Part shown: in pieces, positions 25,201-50,327 of the stretch
Layout: each line of letters begins with the position of its first letter
How positions within the stretch are numbered: the first letter of the stretch is position 1
Source of the DNA: the human T2T-CHM13v2.0 reference genome, Homo sapiens
NCBI RefSeq assembly: GCF_009914755.1
Contig: NC_060932.1
Reading direction: 5' to 3' (one strand)
Length of the DNA stretch: 64,000 bases
Notes under the pieces: model-generated
Seen by the model: only the letters and a program-made list of their open reading frames with translations
Databases searched by the model: none
Told to the model about the DNA's origin: nothing
Program-made: the position numbers and the translations under genes

Positions 25201-25915
25201 TTCTTTTTACATTTTCTCAAGAAAATTTTAAATTTCTTTTAAATTTTTTCTTTTCTGAGACAGAGTCTCACTCTTTCGCCCAGGCTGGAGAGAAGTGGTG
25301 TCATCTCGGCTCACTGCAACCTCCACCCCCTGGGTTCAAGTGATTTTCCTGCCTCAGCCTCCCACGTAACTGGGATTATAGGTGCCCACCACCATGCCCA
25401 GCTAATTTTTAAAATTTTTTCATTGACTCATTGGTTATTCAGGAATATGTTGTTTAATTTTCATGGATTTGTACAGTTTCCAAAGTTCCTCCTGTTACTG
25501 ATTTTTAGTTTTATTCCATTGTGGTCAGAAAAGATAATTGATATGATTTTGATTTTTAAACTTTGTTTAGACTTGTTTGCTCCCTTTAGGTCTATTAATA
25601 ATTCCTTTATATATTTAGTTGTTACAATGTTGGGTGCAAATATATTTATAACTGTTACATCTTCCTGCTGTATTAATCATTTTATATGGCCTTTTATATA
25701 ATGGCCTTCTTTTTCTCTTTTTACAGTTTTTGGCTTAAAGTCTATGTCTTTTGTATTAGTACAGCTACTCTTGACCTTTTTTGTTTCCATTTTCATAGAA
25801 TACCTTTTTCCATCCCTTTTCTTTGAGTCTGTGTGTTCTTAAAATTGAAGGGAGTCTCTTGTAGGCAGCATACAGTTGGGTCTGTTTTTTTTAATCCTTT
25901 CAACTATTCTATGTC
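22293..25915 (-). mobile_element. L1MA-like element, internally deleted, hosting a younger L1PA and Alus
   Basis: Antisense L1 3' UTR from ~22293, ORF2 C-terminal remnant (22821-23069 ORF), endonuclease-region remnant after ~25070. Confidence 0.75.
22979..23995 (-). mobile_element. 5'-truncated L1PA (~870 bp) with a ~130-bp 3' transduction
   Basis: ORF2 C-terminus (23477-23944 ORF); two T-rich tails; TSD TTTGACAAACTGATTTTCTTT at 22958-22978 and 23992-24012. Confidence 0.88.
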
Positions 25916-26384
25916 AGCAGAATACATTTTTGAATTAATGAAGCAATAGAAGAAACAACAAGCCAGATTAGTATGGCTATATTAAAAATTTAAAACTTAT
26001 AATTGAAAACATAATATAGCAGGATGAAACAGAAAGCACTAGAATGGAGAAATATTTGAGAGGGTTAAAAGTTTAATATTATAGTATATGAGGACATATT
26101 TCTAAGATTATGTCAAGGGAACTTGGTATGTAAACAGTGTTTCACACCATAGGAAACAAAATAACAAAATTATTGAATTATTTAATTTGTGATCATTTTA
26201 AAATATAATCTTAATGCTGTGATATAAATATCTAGTAACTGAACAAAAAATGATTTTAAAATCCTAGTAAAGCTGGTGAGAAATAAATATATTGCTTTAA
26301 TTTGATTTATTTAACTAATATTTGGTCATTTGTAACGGGAGCTATTAAAATGACTATTTTTTTAATCCAGTAATCTTACCCTTA

Positions 26385-26779
<395 letters not shown>

Positions 26780-27024
26780 TTATATAGCAAAAACAATAAA
26801 TAGATTAAAAAAGCTTTGAAACCAGCCTAAATACTCAAAGTATTTGATGGACTGACTAGAATACATATATTAAGTTACAAATATGCACATTAGATAAAAT
26901 CATGGAAACTTACTTGTTAATATTAAATTTATGCAAGACTTAATGCAAGACTTAATGTATGTTCTACTTATTGATTTGTGAAGTTTACCTATGAAGATTG
27001 TACAATTCCATAGTGACACAGTGA

Positions 27025-27252
<228 letters not shown>

Positions 27253-27346
27253 TGATTTCCTGACCTCCTGATCCGCCTGCCTTGGCCTCCCAAAGTGCTG
27301 GGATTACAGGTATGAGCCACTGCGCCCAGCCCAGTCATTGTTTTAG

Positions 27347-27664
<318 letters not shown>

Positions 27665-27824
27665 TGATCTAAGTGAAGTCTGCATTTTCTCTTTTTCTAT
27701 TTTGGTTTTAGCTTTTTTTCTCTTTATAGTATTTTTCTTTATCTTTTCTGGTCCGTACCCAGGAACATGTATTATTCTGCCTCCATGATATTAGCAAAAT
27801 CCAACTTCTTATTTTCTAATCTAA

Positions 27825-28034
<210 letters not shown>

Positions 28035-28193
28035 TGAGTACTGTTTGTAAAGCAAAGCAGTCCATGACGCTTTCTGTAGTTGAAAACCTAAATCTTAGGT
28101 CATTGATGAGCACCACTCCCCCCAAAAAATCCACATAAATTATAGGTTATTTCTACTTAGTTATGATGTATTTAAAATATGTTTATTGTATTA

Positions 28194-28529
<336 letters not shown>

Positions 28530-28859
28530 TTATATGATATATCAATACATTCTCATAGTTTTTAGTTTAATTATGAAGCATTAATAAGCCAAAAATGTTA
28601 ATGCAGTGGAAAGAAACTAGAAATAGGGTAATTGACTGTCAAATATCTCTCCTTGTTTTAGGAGTGAGCGTATAGTATTTCCTGTATATCTTCTGCTGCC
28701 AGTCCAGAGATCCTCTTAGGTTAAGGAGGGATCATTCATTATCTAATAACCCCACTGAAGAAAATCTGCCATTCGGAACTCCCTATTAGGTAACAATGTA
28801 TGTGCTGCCTTTTGAAAGGCAGTAACAAATCCCTGTGGTGTGAACAAGTACTGTTCACA

Positions 28860-30215
28860 GGGAAGCTATTAAAGACTATGAGGTTATATCAAAAGAACGC
28901 AGGAGCCGATATGAAAGGGCCAATGTAGGACAATTTAAGCATTAAGAAGAATAATATATGTAGTGGAAGAAAAATAATGAATGTATAAAAACCATGAGGT
29001 CATATGAAACTAAGATGAGCAAGGCCTGCCTTCCCAAAGAAAACAAAAACAATGCTTTGTCTTTATAGGTAATCAGGGCACCTGATGTTAACTGTGTGAT
29101 TTAAAATTGTCAGTTGAAAGGAGAGATTTAAGCATTTATTTTGCCCGTTTTAACTGTAATTCAGGGTAACCAAAGATAGTCCCTGTTGAGGGAAAATTCT
29201 GTGGAGAAGAATTCCAGGTAATAAATACAGCAAAAGGGCAGGATATGTCGCAACCCTTAATGAAGTAAGTGATTGTGATTCAGGCATATACTATATGAGT
29301 GGATGAAACCACGAGGTGAAGGGGAATTTTTACCAGCTGAACACATCCACCAGTCATGGGGCAACCGCAACAGGTACACTTTCAGTGTTGGCCAGGAAGT
29401 TATTGTTAATTTCATATGACATTGTGTTTATATAACAAAAGGCCCATTTCAAAGATACTTTTAGTTTTGAAATAGTTTTAGATTTGTAGAAGTGTTGCAA
29501 AAAGAGTTCTCAAATATCCTTCACTTAGCTTCCCCTAAACCCTAAACTGTAAAATCACAGTGTAATTATCCCACATACTATTACTGAAACCAGCAACTTA
29601 ACATTGTTCTTAACATTGAACATAATATTGATACAGTACTGATTGGGGTTATTTAAATTTCTCTAAATGTCCCTTTTAATATCCTTCTCCGGTGCTGGAT
29701 TTGAGGTAGGATCCCACACTGCATTTAGCTTTCAGATCTCCTTTGTCTCCTCCAGTCTAGGACAGTTCCTCAGTCTTTCTTTGTCTTTCATGACCTTGAT
29801 GGTTTGAAGGGTAATGTCTGGTTGTTTTGTCAACTGTCCTTGATTTGGATTTGCTTGATGTTTGGTGTTTTCTCATGAATAGGTAGAGGTTTTGCATTTT
29901 TTACTGGTATACAGCAAAAGCGAGGCTGGGTCCTTCTCAGTGCCTTGTGTCAGGAGGCACACAGTGTCAGGCTGTCTTTACAAGGGCTTTAGAGACACAT
30001 CCTGAAGTATGTAGGGATGAAATAACATGATGTCTTGGATTCCTAAAGAAATAGTTTAGCCAGAAAAAGCAGGACATGGGGGTGGGTGGGTAGTTATAGA
30101 TGAAGCAACAGGGACAATATCTTGATAATTCTAGGATCTGGGTGATGGATTATATATAGGGTGATGGTACCATTCTCTGTGCTTTTGTTTATGTTTGATA
30201 TTTTTTATAATGACA
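28860..30215. mobile_element. Old L1M (MC/ME-like) 3' fragments
   Basis: Degenerate L1M 3' UTR motifs; approximate. Confidence 0.5.
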
Positions 30216-30371
30216 ATTATCACTCCCTTCAGGGTGAGCATAGGAAATTCAGCATGAGAATATAGGCTTCCCCTCACTGGTTTTCATTTATAGATAAATG
30301 TAATGATGTGATGTCTTTGATGTTCATGATGACATTTTTGGGGGCTAATGTGTTTTCTTCTCTTTTTCTAG

Positions 30372-30441
30372 CTGTGAGCATTGCATTCCTTATTGGTCTT
30401 GCTGTCATCATTGTGATATCCTTTCTGAGGCTCTTGTTGAG
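30372..30441 (+). CDS. HGSNAT: HGSNAT exon 5 (70 nt), first transmembrane helix
   Basis: TTTTTCTAG acceptor; PVSIAFLIGLAVIIVISFLRLLL; donor GAG|GTAAGA. Confidence 0.96.
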
Positions 30442-31488
30442 GTAAGATATTTGGGGAGGACGCCACTGGAAAGGCAGAGTATAGAAATAACACATTCAGA
30501 AGGGGCAGCTGTCACCCTCAAGTGGCCATATTCTTCGATGATATGAACATTTCTGTGTCCCCCATGTCCATCCAGTGCTAGGCTTCAGGGACTCATGTAG
30601 ACTAAGACGTGGTCTCTGACTTTAGGGAAGTGATATTAAAGGTGCTTGTGGATTTTTTCCTTCCTTCCTCCCACATGGCTGAAGAGGAAGAAAATGCTTG
30701 AGAAATCATTATTTCCTAAAGCATCCGACTTTTTAACGAGCAGAAGTGGCTCATGACAATTTTAGGAGGAGGTCGCTGCACTGAACTCCCTTCCCCCTCT
30801 CTGGCCCTGAGCCCTGAGGCACCTTCTAGTCCAGCTGCCCAACCTCTGCCAGCCCAGGCATCTGGTGGCACAGATGTATGCCTGGTGGCTGTTCTTCTGG
30901 ACCTCGCACGGACTCCCTGTCCCTTGGTTAGTTTGTTAGCCAATGTGGAGAAGGGACTGGTCCTGCTCTGCGTGGTGAATAGCGATTCTGGTAAGAGTGA
31001 ATTAGTAGACTAGAACAAGAAAGTAAAATAGATCCAGTTTTAATTAACTTTCAAAGGAAAGTTTTTTTCATGTTTTAAAAAGAATAAGAGTGAATTTTCT
31101 CATGCTTATCTTGTTAGGGTCTCAAGAAGAACCACAAGGTTTTATTGATGAGCAATATCCAAACTGAAAGAATGAAAACCTAACCTCTAAGTCGGCTAGC
31201 TTGGGAAACCCTGAAGCTTTGGGGAATTTCTGCACTGTGATACTCTAGCTTTGTACATCTTAGAAATAGTATAATTCCATGTGTGAGGACCCCAACTGTG
31301 TATAGGGTAAAAGAACCACATGTTGCCCAGAAGCCGGTGTGTAACCTGTTTTTTAGGGATAGAGGAAGATTCTAGCAGTGGAGTTTCATTTCTTTGAGTT
31401 AAGGTATTATCTCATCAACCTTTTGATAAAATGCAAATGCTATTTCAGTATATCAGGATGCTTTTCACGTAAATGGATCTATTATGGA

Positions 31489-32748
31489 TTTTTTTTTTTT
31501 TTGAGACAGAGTCTCACTCTTGTCATCCAGGCTGGAGTGCAGTGGTGCCATTATGGCTGACTGCAGCCTTGACTTCCTGGGCTCAGGTGATTCTCCCACC
31601 TTTGCCTCCTAAGTAGTTGGGACTACAGGCATGCATCACCATGCCTGGCTAATGGTTTTTTTTTTTTTAATTTTTGTATTTTTAGTGGAGACGGGGTCTT
31701 GATATGTTGCCCAGGCTGGTCTTGAACTCCTCGACTCAAGTGTTCCATCTGTCTCTGACTCCCAGAGTGCAGGGATTATAGGCATGAGTCACCACACCTG
31801 GTCATATTACATGACTTTTTAAAGTAATTGGTAGCTAGGCCGGGTACGGTGGCTCACGCCTCTAATACCAGCACTTTGAGAGGCCAAGGCAGATGGATCA
31901 CTTGAGGTCAGGAGTTTGAGACCAGCCTGGTAACATGATGAAATCCCATCTCTACTAAAAATACAAAAAGTAGCTAAGTGTGATGGTGGGTGCCTGTAGT
32001 CCCAGCTACTCAGGAGGCTGAGGCACGAAAATGGCTTGAGGTTGCAGTGAGGTGGGAGGGAGGTTGGAGGTTGCAGTGATCTGAGATTGTGCCACTGCAT
32101 TCCGGCCGGGGACTCTCAAGAAAAAAAAAAGTAATTGATAGCTGAGATCAAGCATTTTCAAAGGGAAGAGATTCCACCTTGCCCCATGTGGAACTGAAAC
32201 TACTCTTTGCACATGATGCTGCCCTTCCAGCCTGCGGGCAGAATGCTCTTCTTGACAAAGCAGGAGTCCCTTATTCCTTGCCCCCTCGCTTTCCAACATA
32301 CCCAGGGAGGTTCAGATGACTGTGAGCCAAAAAACAACCAGAAAAAGTCGAGAGAATAAAGAGCCCCTCTCTTTTTCACTTAGGCAACAAGCATGAACAA
32401 GAAAATTAAGTATTTTTGTTTTATTTTTAGAAATCTTAACTTCTCCTTTTCACCCTTTTTTTTTTTTTTTAATTTTTTGAGGTGGAGTCTCACTCTGCCA
32501 CGCAGGCTGGAGTGCAGTGGTGCGATCTCTGCTCGCTGCAACCTCTGCCTCTGGGTTTTAAGAAATTCTCTGCCTCAGCCTCCCAAATAGCTGGGATTAC
32601 AGGCACGTGACACCATGCCCAGCTAATTTTTAGTAGAGATGAGGTTTCAGCATCTTGGCCAAGCTGGTCTTGAACTCCTGACCTCGTGATCCACCTGCCT
32701 CTGCCTCTCAAAGTGCTGGGATTACAGGCGTGAGCCACCATGCCTGGC
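31489..32748. mobile_element. Alus ~31489-31803-, ~31838-32130+, ~32456-32748-
   Basis: Alu consensus. Confidence 0.9.
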
Positions 32749-33208
32749 CACCCTTCTTTAGATGTGTCTATTTTAACATTTTACATGTGATGGTGATGTT
32801 ATCCATGTTGAATAAACTAGAAATCAGAGTTGAGTTGTGAGGGAAAAAGAGAAATTGCAAATGTATGCCTTGGGCATATGGATCATATTTGGATACTGAA
32901 TTGAACCACTGAACTATAAAAACATGTTATGAAACAGGGAAACTGCACTGGCTATGTGACGGTATTAAGGAATTACTGCTAACATTTAAAAATGTGATAA
33001 GGGTATTGTGGTTATGTTTAGAAATAAAAATAGTCCATATCCATTAGAGATACATACTAAATTGTTTTTGCATGAAATGATATGATGTCTAGGATTTTCT
33101 ATAAAACAATCCGAGGCAGGAATGAGGGACAGTGGGTGAGAGGACATATGAAGTAAGATTGGCCATGTGTCGACACTTGTTGAAGCTGGATGATGGAGGT
33201 CCATTATT

Positions 33209-36630
<3,422 letters not shown>

Positions 36631-36834
36631 TACTGGTTTCTCTGCTTCTGTGTAACTGTTCATGACCAAAAAATAAAAGGGGAAAAAATCCTATGCACTG
36701 GATAATTTGTTTATGCCAGGGTAGGGTATACTTTTCAAAAGATTTCTTCCCAGGTAGAAATCTCATTTTAAAGAAAAACCAGTTAATATATTTATCTTTT
36801 GTTAGTCATGTAAATCAATTTAATGTTATCTGGA

Positions 36835-39442
<2,608 letters not shown>

Positions 39443-39487
39443 GAAATCAAAAAATGACAAAATGAAATTTACCCCTTAGCATTATGA

Positions 39488-39700
<213 letters not shown>

Positions 39701-41204
39701 TAGCTTTTAAGGACTTTTACATATCTTTTACTTTCTAGGCTAGGAAGGATTTCTTGGATGTAAAAGTAAACTCTGCAGCCTCTCCAGTCTGGAAGACCAT
39801 CATGATCCTCAGTGTCTGTATTGACAGAGGAGTAGTGGATGAGGCCAGAGCCAGTGTCCACTTGGATACGTGGTCTGCTGAGTGAAGGGCATTTTTATTT
39901 GGGCAAGTCGCTGTTACTTGGGGCTGCAGACTGTATCCCATGTCCAGTCAGTAGCTTGACGGCTCAGAAGATGCACTAGTCTAGCAAGGAAACACCAGCA
40001 TGTGGCAGAGGGAGGGCTGATCCTGCGCTGCTAGCAGAGTGACTTGAGTATCAGGCCCTCGTGCTAGCAAACCCATAGCCCTGGTAGAAGAACAAGGGCC
40101 AGGACTGAAATCTGAAAATAAAGTTTAAAAACTGTATAGCGAAGAATAAATACACAGGTATCAGCTCTTTTATTTCTACATACTGAAGCCTTCTGAACTC
40201 TAGTGACAACCCTATAACTTTGCCCCAGTCTCACCAGAGCCCTGAGTGCCCTGGCAGGTAGATTGGAAGCAGGTAGTAAGAACAATATGATCATAATGAA
40301 ACTTGCTAACAATTCTGGAGTTCTCATAATGTGCCAGTCACTGTTCTAACTCGTCTTAATTTATTTAATCTCTTAGTAATCCTATGAGATATATACTTTT
40401 AATGTGCCTGATTCACATTAAAAGTAAAAGAAATTGTGCTGCTGAGTGAAGTAACTTGCCCAAGCTCACTCAGGTACCAAATAGGAAAGCCAGGGTTTGA
40501 TGGCAGGCACTTGGGTTACAGAGTCTCCCAAATTAGTCTGTTGACACCTAAGGTCAGCACCCTCAGCATTCTGCACAGTTAGCCTCAAACAGTAGCACAT
40601 CCGGAATCTATTACTCTGTCTTTTAGATTTCCATTGCTACTTTTGGAGATAAGATGGTCACAGATAGACAGGAACTAACATTTATTAAGTGTCTAAAATA
40701 TGCTGGGCACTGGTTAGCTGCTGTAAAATACATCATTCTCCTTAAAAGTCACATGTGGTTAGGGCACTTTCTTTTACAGATGAGCACACTGAGTTTACTA
40801 ATGAGAACCTTGCCCAGGGTCTTATGGCTAATGACAGAAAAGGATCTAAGATTGGAATTCTGAGCTCGCTGACTCAGCTGGCTGTGTGCCTTCCACCAGA
40901 GTTCTTTAACCCGAGACATCTAAATAATTAGCACAAAACTGAGTTATTGGAAATATTTTGCAATGTTTTCAAGTTACATAGTTTAAGACTGCAGTATACA
41001 CTTTGGTTAAGACATCATGTTGGCAGTGTTGGCAATGGTCCTAACTGTAGTGCATGGTCCTAATTGCGATGACTAGAAAATAATCGCTTCTTGGCCTTGA
41101 TGTCTCATCTTGTGTAATAAAATGCTCAGTAGAATTGCATTGTTGCATGATTGCACCTTGTGAGTATAAATGTGTCTTCAGTTCAGCCCTTCCTTTTCAC
41201 ATAG

Positions 41205-41444
<240 letters not shown>

Positions 41445-41921
41445 TGAGCTCCTGCTCCCTCCTAGGGTGACCTGTAGATGATTCTGCGAGCCCTTTAGTT
41501 TTGTTCCTCCTTTTGTGTGCTGTGAATCTGTAAAGCTTCACTGTAATAACAGACTCTAGAAGTTTCTGCTGTGGGACTGAGGGACTCTGCAGAATATGTT
41601 ATGGATTTGGTTGTAAATGATCATGGTCATATTCTAGATATGCCTTCTATTACAGCCACCATGCTCTTGGGGGCTCTGTCTTCTAGGACTTATGGTCCTT
41701 TTTGAGATGGCGTTGAACTAGGATTGGTCTGAGTGGTGGTGAATAATATCTGTAAGTCTGGCTTGGTAGTTGCTTTACAAATGGATTAGTGCTTCTTAAA
41801 CATAACAAACGTGTCTACATATTTCTAGTTTGGTTTTCCTGTGTCTAGTTATGTTCATAGGAAGTGTCCCAGCCAGGTCCAGTGCTTGGTTGCAGAGTCT
41901 CAAGGAAGAGTTTGTGAGTTT

Positions 41922-43175
<1,254 letters not shown>

Positions 43176-43554
43176 GTGATTTTATAGGGAATATTTTGTT
43201 AGTGTAGATATGGTATGCCAGATCCTGAAACCTTGTAGGAAATTATACATTCTGAACATGTAGTTCAGTTCCATTAATCCTGAAAATACTTATAAAATCC
43301 TATTTCCTGAAGAATTACAGTATATTGGTATCAGTGAATGCTAATAAATATGTAGGTGGGCAATGATAGTCATAAACTAAAATTTAAAATAACAGTTGAG
43401 TAGCTCAATTCTGTCTCTGATCATTCATAGCTTCTTATTCTTGTGAAGGGACATTGCCTATGTGATGTGGAATTTGTATCTTTGCTATGGTGTATTAAGT
43501 GACATTGCTCCCTCATTAGCAGGTAGTACCAGCCTTATTATTGTTATTTTTTAT

Positions 43555-46110
<2,556 letters not shown>

Positions 46111-46284
46111 TAGAGACACCAAGGAATGCAGCAAGAGCAAACTTTCATCTCTGTGATCCCTTGCCAAGTAATTAGAAAAATCAGTATTCTAACTTTTTTT
46201 TTTTTAAAGAGATAATTTAGGGCCAGGTGTGGTGGCTCATGCCTGTAATCCCAGCACTTTTGGGAGGCCGAGGCGGGCGGATCA

Positions 46285-46536
<252 letters not shown>

Positions 46537-47013
46537 TTAGTAATTTAGTATGGTCAAAGAAAAGAAAGGAAATGTGTATTACTTAGACTAAATGGAGAGA
46601 GAAAAAGTAAGCTTTCATTTTTCTTTCAGGTGCAGAAGGGTGTATAGAAATGATTGAAATGTCTGTGTTTCAAGGGCTTTGAGGGTGTGCTTGTGAATGT
46701 CAAGTTATTTGAAGACATTACTGTGGCTTCGAATCATCATTTCTTTTTGATAACGAAATGGGAGGGTTGTCTTTGGAAATTCCATTTAATATTAAAGAAA
46801 TTTTCTCCTAAGACAGGACTTGAAGGTGCACTGTCAAAAACCTTCCAGCCCCATGGGGCTATATTCTGAACTCTTCCTCTACTGTTAGCTCAGTATTATT
46901 TCAGTAATTGGCTACTTTAAACAAATTATGGTTGCTTCTCTTTTATAGCATATTATAAAATGTTACTGATATATAGACAAAAAATTTGGAAATGGCCACC
47001 TATTAATAACTAG

Positions 47014-47244
<231 letters not shown>

Positions 47245-47545
47245 TAATTTGAGAGAAATGCAATTCCTCCATCTCAGGTGCCTGCAAATAGAATAATCAT
47301 TAGGAAAGTATATACAATGGTTGTCTAACTGTGAGCATTATTATTATTATTTTTGAATTTTAGACCTGGGAGGAGCCTCTGAGACTACTCAAACCCTTCT
47401 CTTGTGCAGAGGAAAAGTCTGAGGCCAAGAGCGATTGAAGGTTTTCTCTGGATTATCTGAGTGTAGTGAGAGGCACAGCAGGGACCAGACCAGGCCGCCT
47501 TGGTCTCCAACTTTGCCCCCTGCTAATGTGATTTCATCAGCTTTC

Positions 47546-50327
47546 TTTTTTTTTTTTTTTTTTTTAAATTTATTTATTTATTTTTTATTGATCATTCTTG
47601 GGTGTTGGGATTTGGCAGGGTCATAGGACAATAGTGGAGGGAAGGTCAGCAGATAAACAAGTGAACAAAGGTCTCTGGTTTTCCTAGGCAGAGGACCCTG
47701 CGGCCTTGGCCTTCCGCAGTGTTTGTGTCCCTGGGTACTTAAGATTAGGGAGTGGTGATGACTCTTAACGAGCATGCTGCCTTCAAGCATCTGTTTAACA
47801 AAGCACATCTTGCACCACCCTTAATCCATTTAACCCTGAGTGGACACAGCACATGTTTCAGAGAGCACAGGGTTGGGGATAAGGTCACAGATCAACAGGA
47901 TCCCAAGGCAGAAGAATTTTTCTTAGTACAGAACAAAATGAAAAGTCTCCCATGTCTACTTCTATCCACACAGACCCGGCAACCATCCGATTTCTCAATT
48001 TTTTCCCCACCCTTCCCGCCTTTCTATTCCACAAAACCGCCATTGTCATCATGGCCCATCCCCAATGAGCCGCTGGGCACACCTCCCAGACGGGGTCGTG
48101 GCCGGGCAGAGGGGCTCCTCACTTCCCAGTAGGGGCGGCCGGGCAGAAGCGCCCCTCACCTCCCGGATGGGGCGGCTGGCCGGGCGGGGGCTGACCCCCC
48201 CACCACCCTCCCGGACGGGGCGGCTGGCCAGGCAGAGGGGCTCCTCACTTCCCAGTAGGGGCGGCCGGGCAGAGGCGCCCCTCACCTCCTGGATAGGGCG
48301 GCTGGCTGGGCGGGGGGCTGTCCCCCCCACCTCCCTCCCGGACGGGGCGGCTGGCCGGGCAGAGGGGTCCTCACTTCCCAGTAGGGGCGGCCGGGCAGAG
48401 GCGCCCCTCACCTCCCGGACGGGGCGGCCGGCCGGAAGGGGGGCTGACCCCCCCCACCTCCCTCCCGGACGGGGCGGCTGGCCGACCCCCCCCACCGCCT
48501 CCCTCCCGGACGGGGCGGCTGGCCGGACAGAGGGGCTCCTCACTTTCCAGTAGGGGCGGCCGGGCAGAGGCGCCCCTCACCTCCCGGACGGGGCGACTGG
48601 CCAGGCGGGGGGCTGATCCCCCCACCTCCCTCCCGGACGGGGCGGCTGGCCGGGCGGGGGGCTGACCCCCCCCACCTCCCTCCCGGACGGGGCGGCTGGC
48701 CGGGCGGGGGGCTGACCCCCCCACCTCCCTCCCGGATGGGGCGGCTGGCCAGGTGGGGGGATGACCCCCCCACCTCCCTCCCGGGCGGGGCGGCTGGCCG
48801 GGCAGAGGGGCTCCTCACTTCCCAGTAGGGGCGGCCGGGCAGAGGCGCCCCTCACCTCCCGGATGGGGCGGCTGGCCAGGCGGGGGGCTGATCCCCCCAC
48901 CTCCCTCCCAGACGGGGCGGCTGGCCGGGCGGGGGGCTGACCCCCCACCTCCCTCCCGGACTGGGCGGCTGGCCGGGCGGGGGGCTGACCCCCCCACCTC
49001 CCTCCTGGACGGGGCGTCTGGCCGGGCAGAGGGGCTCCTCACTTCCCAGTAGGGGCGGCCGGGCAGAGGAGCCCCTCACCTCCCAGACGGGGCGGCTGGC
49101 GGGGCGGGGGGCTGACCCCCCCACCTCCCTCCCGGACGGGGCGGCTGGCCGACCCCCCCCCCCCACCGCCTCCCTCCCGGATGGGGCGGCTGGCCGGGCA
49201 GAGGGGCTCCTCACTTCCCAGTAGGGGCGGCCGGGCAGAGGAGCCCCTCACCTCCCGGACGGGGCGGCTGGCCGGGCGGGGGGCTGACCCCCCCCACCTC
49301 CCTCCCGGACGGGGTGGCTGCTGGGCGGAGACGCTCCTCATTTCCCAGACGGGGTGGTTGCCGGACGGAGGGGCTCCTCACTTCTCAGACGGGGCGGTTG
49401 CCAGGCAGAGGGTTTCCTCACTTCTCAGACGGAGCGGCCGGGCAGAGACGCTCCCCACCTCCCAGACAGGGCTGCGGCCCAGCAGAGGCGCTCCTCACAT
49501 CCCAGACAGGGCGGCGGGGCAGAGGTGCTCCCCACATCTCAGACGATGGGCGGCCGGGCAGAGATGCTCCTCACTTCCTAGATGGGATGGCGGCGGGGAA
49601 GAGGCGCTCCTCGCTTCCCAGATGGGATGGCGGCCGGGCAGAGACGCTCCTCACTTTCCAGACTGGGCAGCCAGGCAGAGGGGCTCCTCACATCCCAGAC
49701 GATGGGTGGCCAAGCAGAGACGCTCCTCACTTCCCAGACGGGGTGGCTGCTGGGCAGAGGCTGCAATCTCGGCTCTCCGGGAGGCCAAGGCAGGCGGCTG
49801 GGAGGTGGTTGCAGCGAGCCGAGATCACGCCACTGCACTCCAGCCTGGGCACCATTGAGCACTGAGTGAACGAGACTCCATCTGCAATCCCGGCACCTCG
49901 GGAGGCCGAGGCTGGCGGATCACTCGCGGCTAGGAGCTGGAGACCAGCCCGGCCAACACAGCGAAACCCCGTCTCCACCAAAAAAAAACGAAAACCAGTC
50001 AGGCGTGGCGGTGCGCGCCTGCAATCGCAGGCACTCGGCAGGCTGAGGCAGGAGAATCAGGCAGGGAGGTTGCAGTGAGCCGAGATGGCAGCAGTACCGT
50101 CCAGCCTTGGCTCGGCATCAGAGGGAGACCGTGGAGGGAGAGGGAGAGGGAGAGGGAGAGGGAGAGGGAGAGGGAGGGAGAGGGAGAGGGAGAGGGAGAG
50201 GGAGAGGGAGAGGGAGAGGGAGAGGGAGAGGGAGAGGGAGAGGGAGAGGGAGAGGGAGAGGGAGAGGGAGAGGGAGAGGGAGAGGGAGAGGGAGAGGGAG
50301 AGGGAGAGGGAGAGGGAGAGGGAGAGC
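47546..50327 (-). mobile_element. Full-length SVA retrotransposon (SVA_F-like), antisense in HGSNAT intron 10
   Basis: Poly-T at 47546, SINE-R ~47575-48075, GC-rich VNTR ~48075-49760, Alu-like ~49760-50130, hexamer 50135-50326; perfect 15-bp TSD ATTTCATCAGCTTTC at 47531-47545 and 50328-50342. Confidence 0.97.
50135..50326. repeat. SVA hexamer tract: (AGGGAG)6 AGGG (AGGGAG)25 AG
   Basis: Counted directly from the sequence. Confidence 0.93.
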
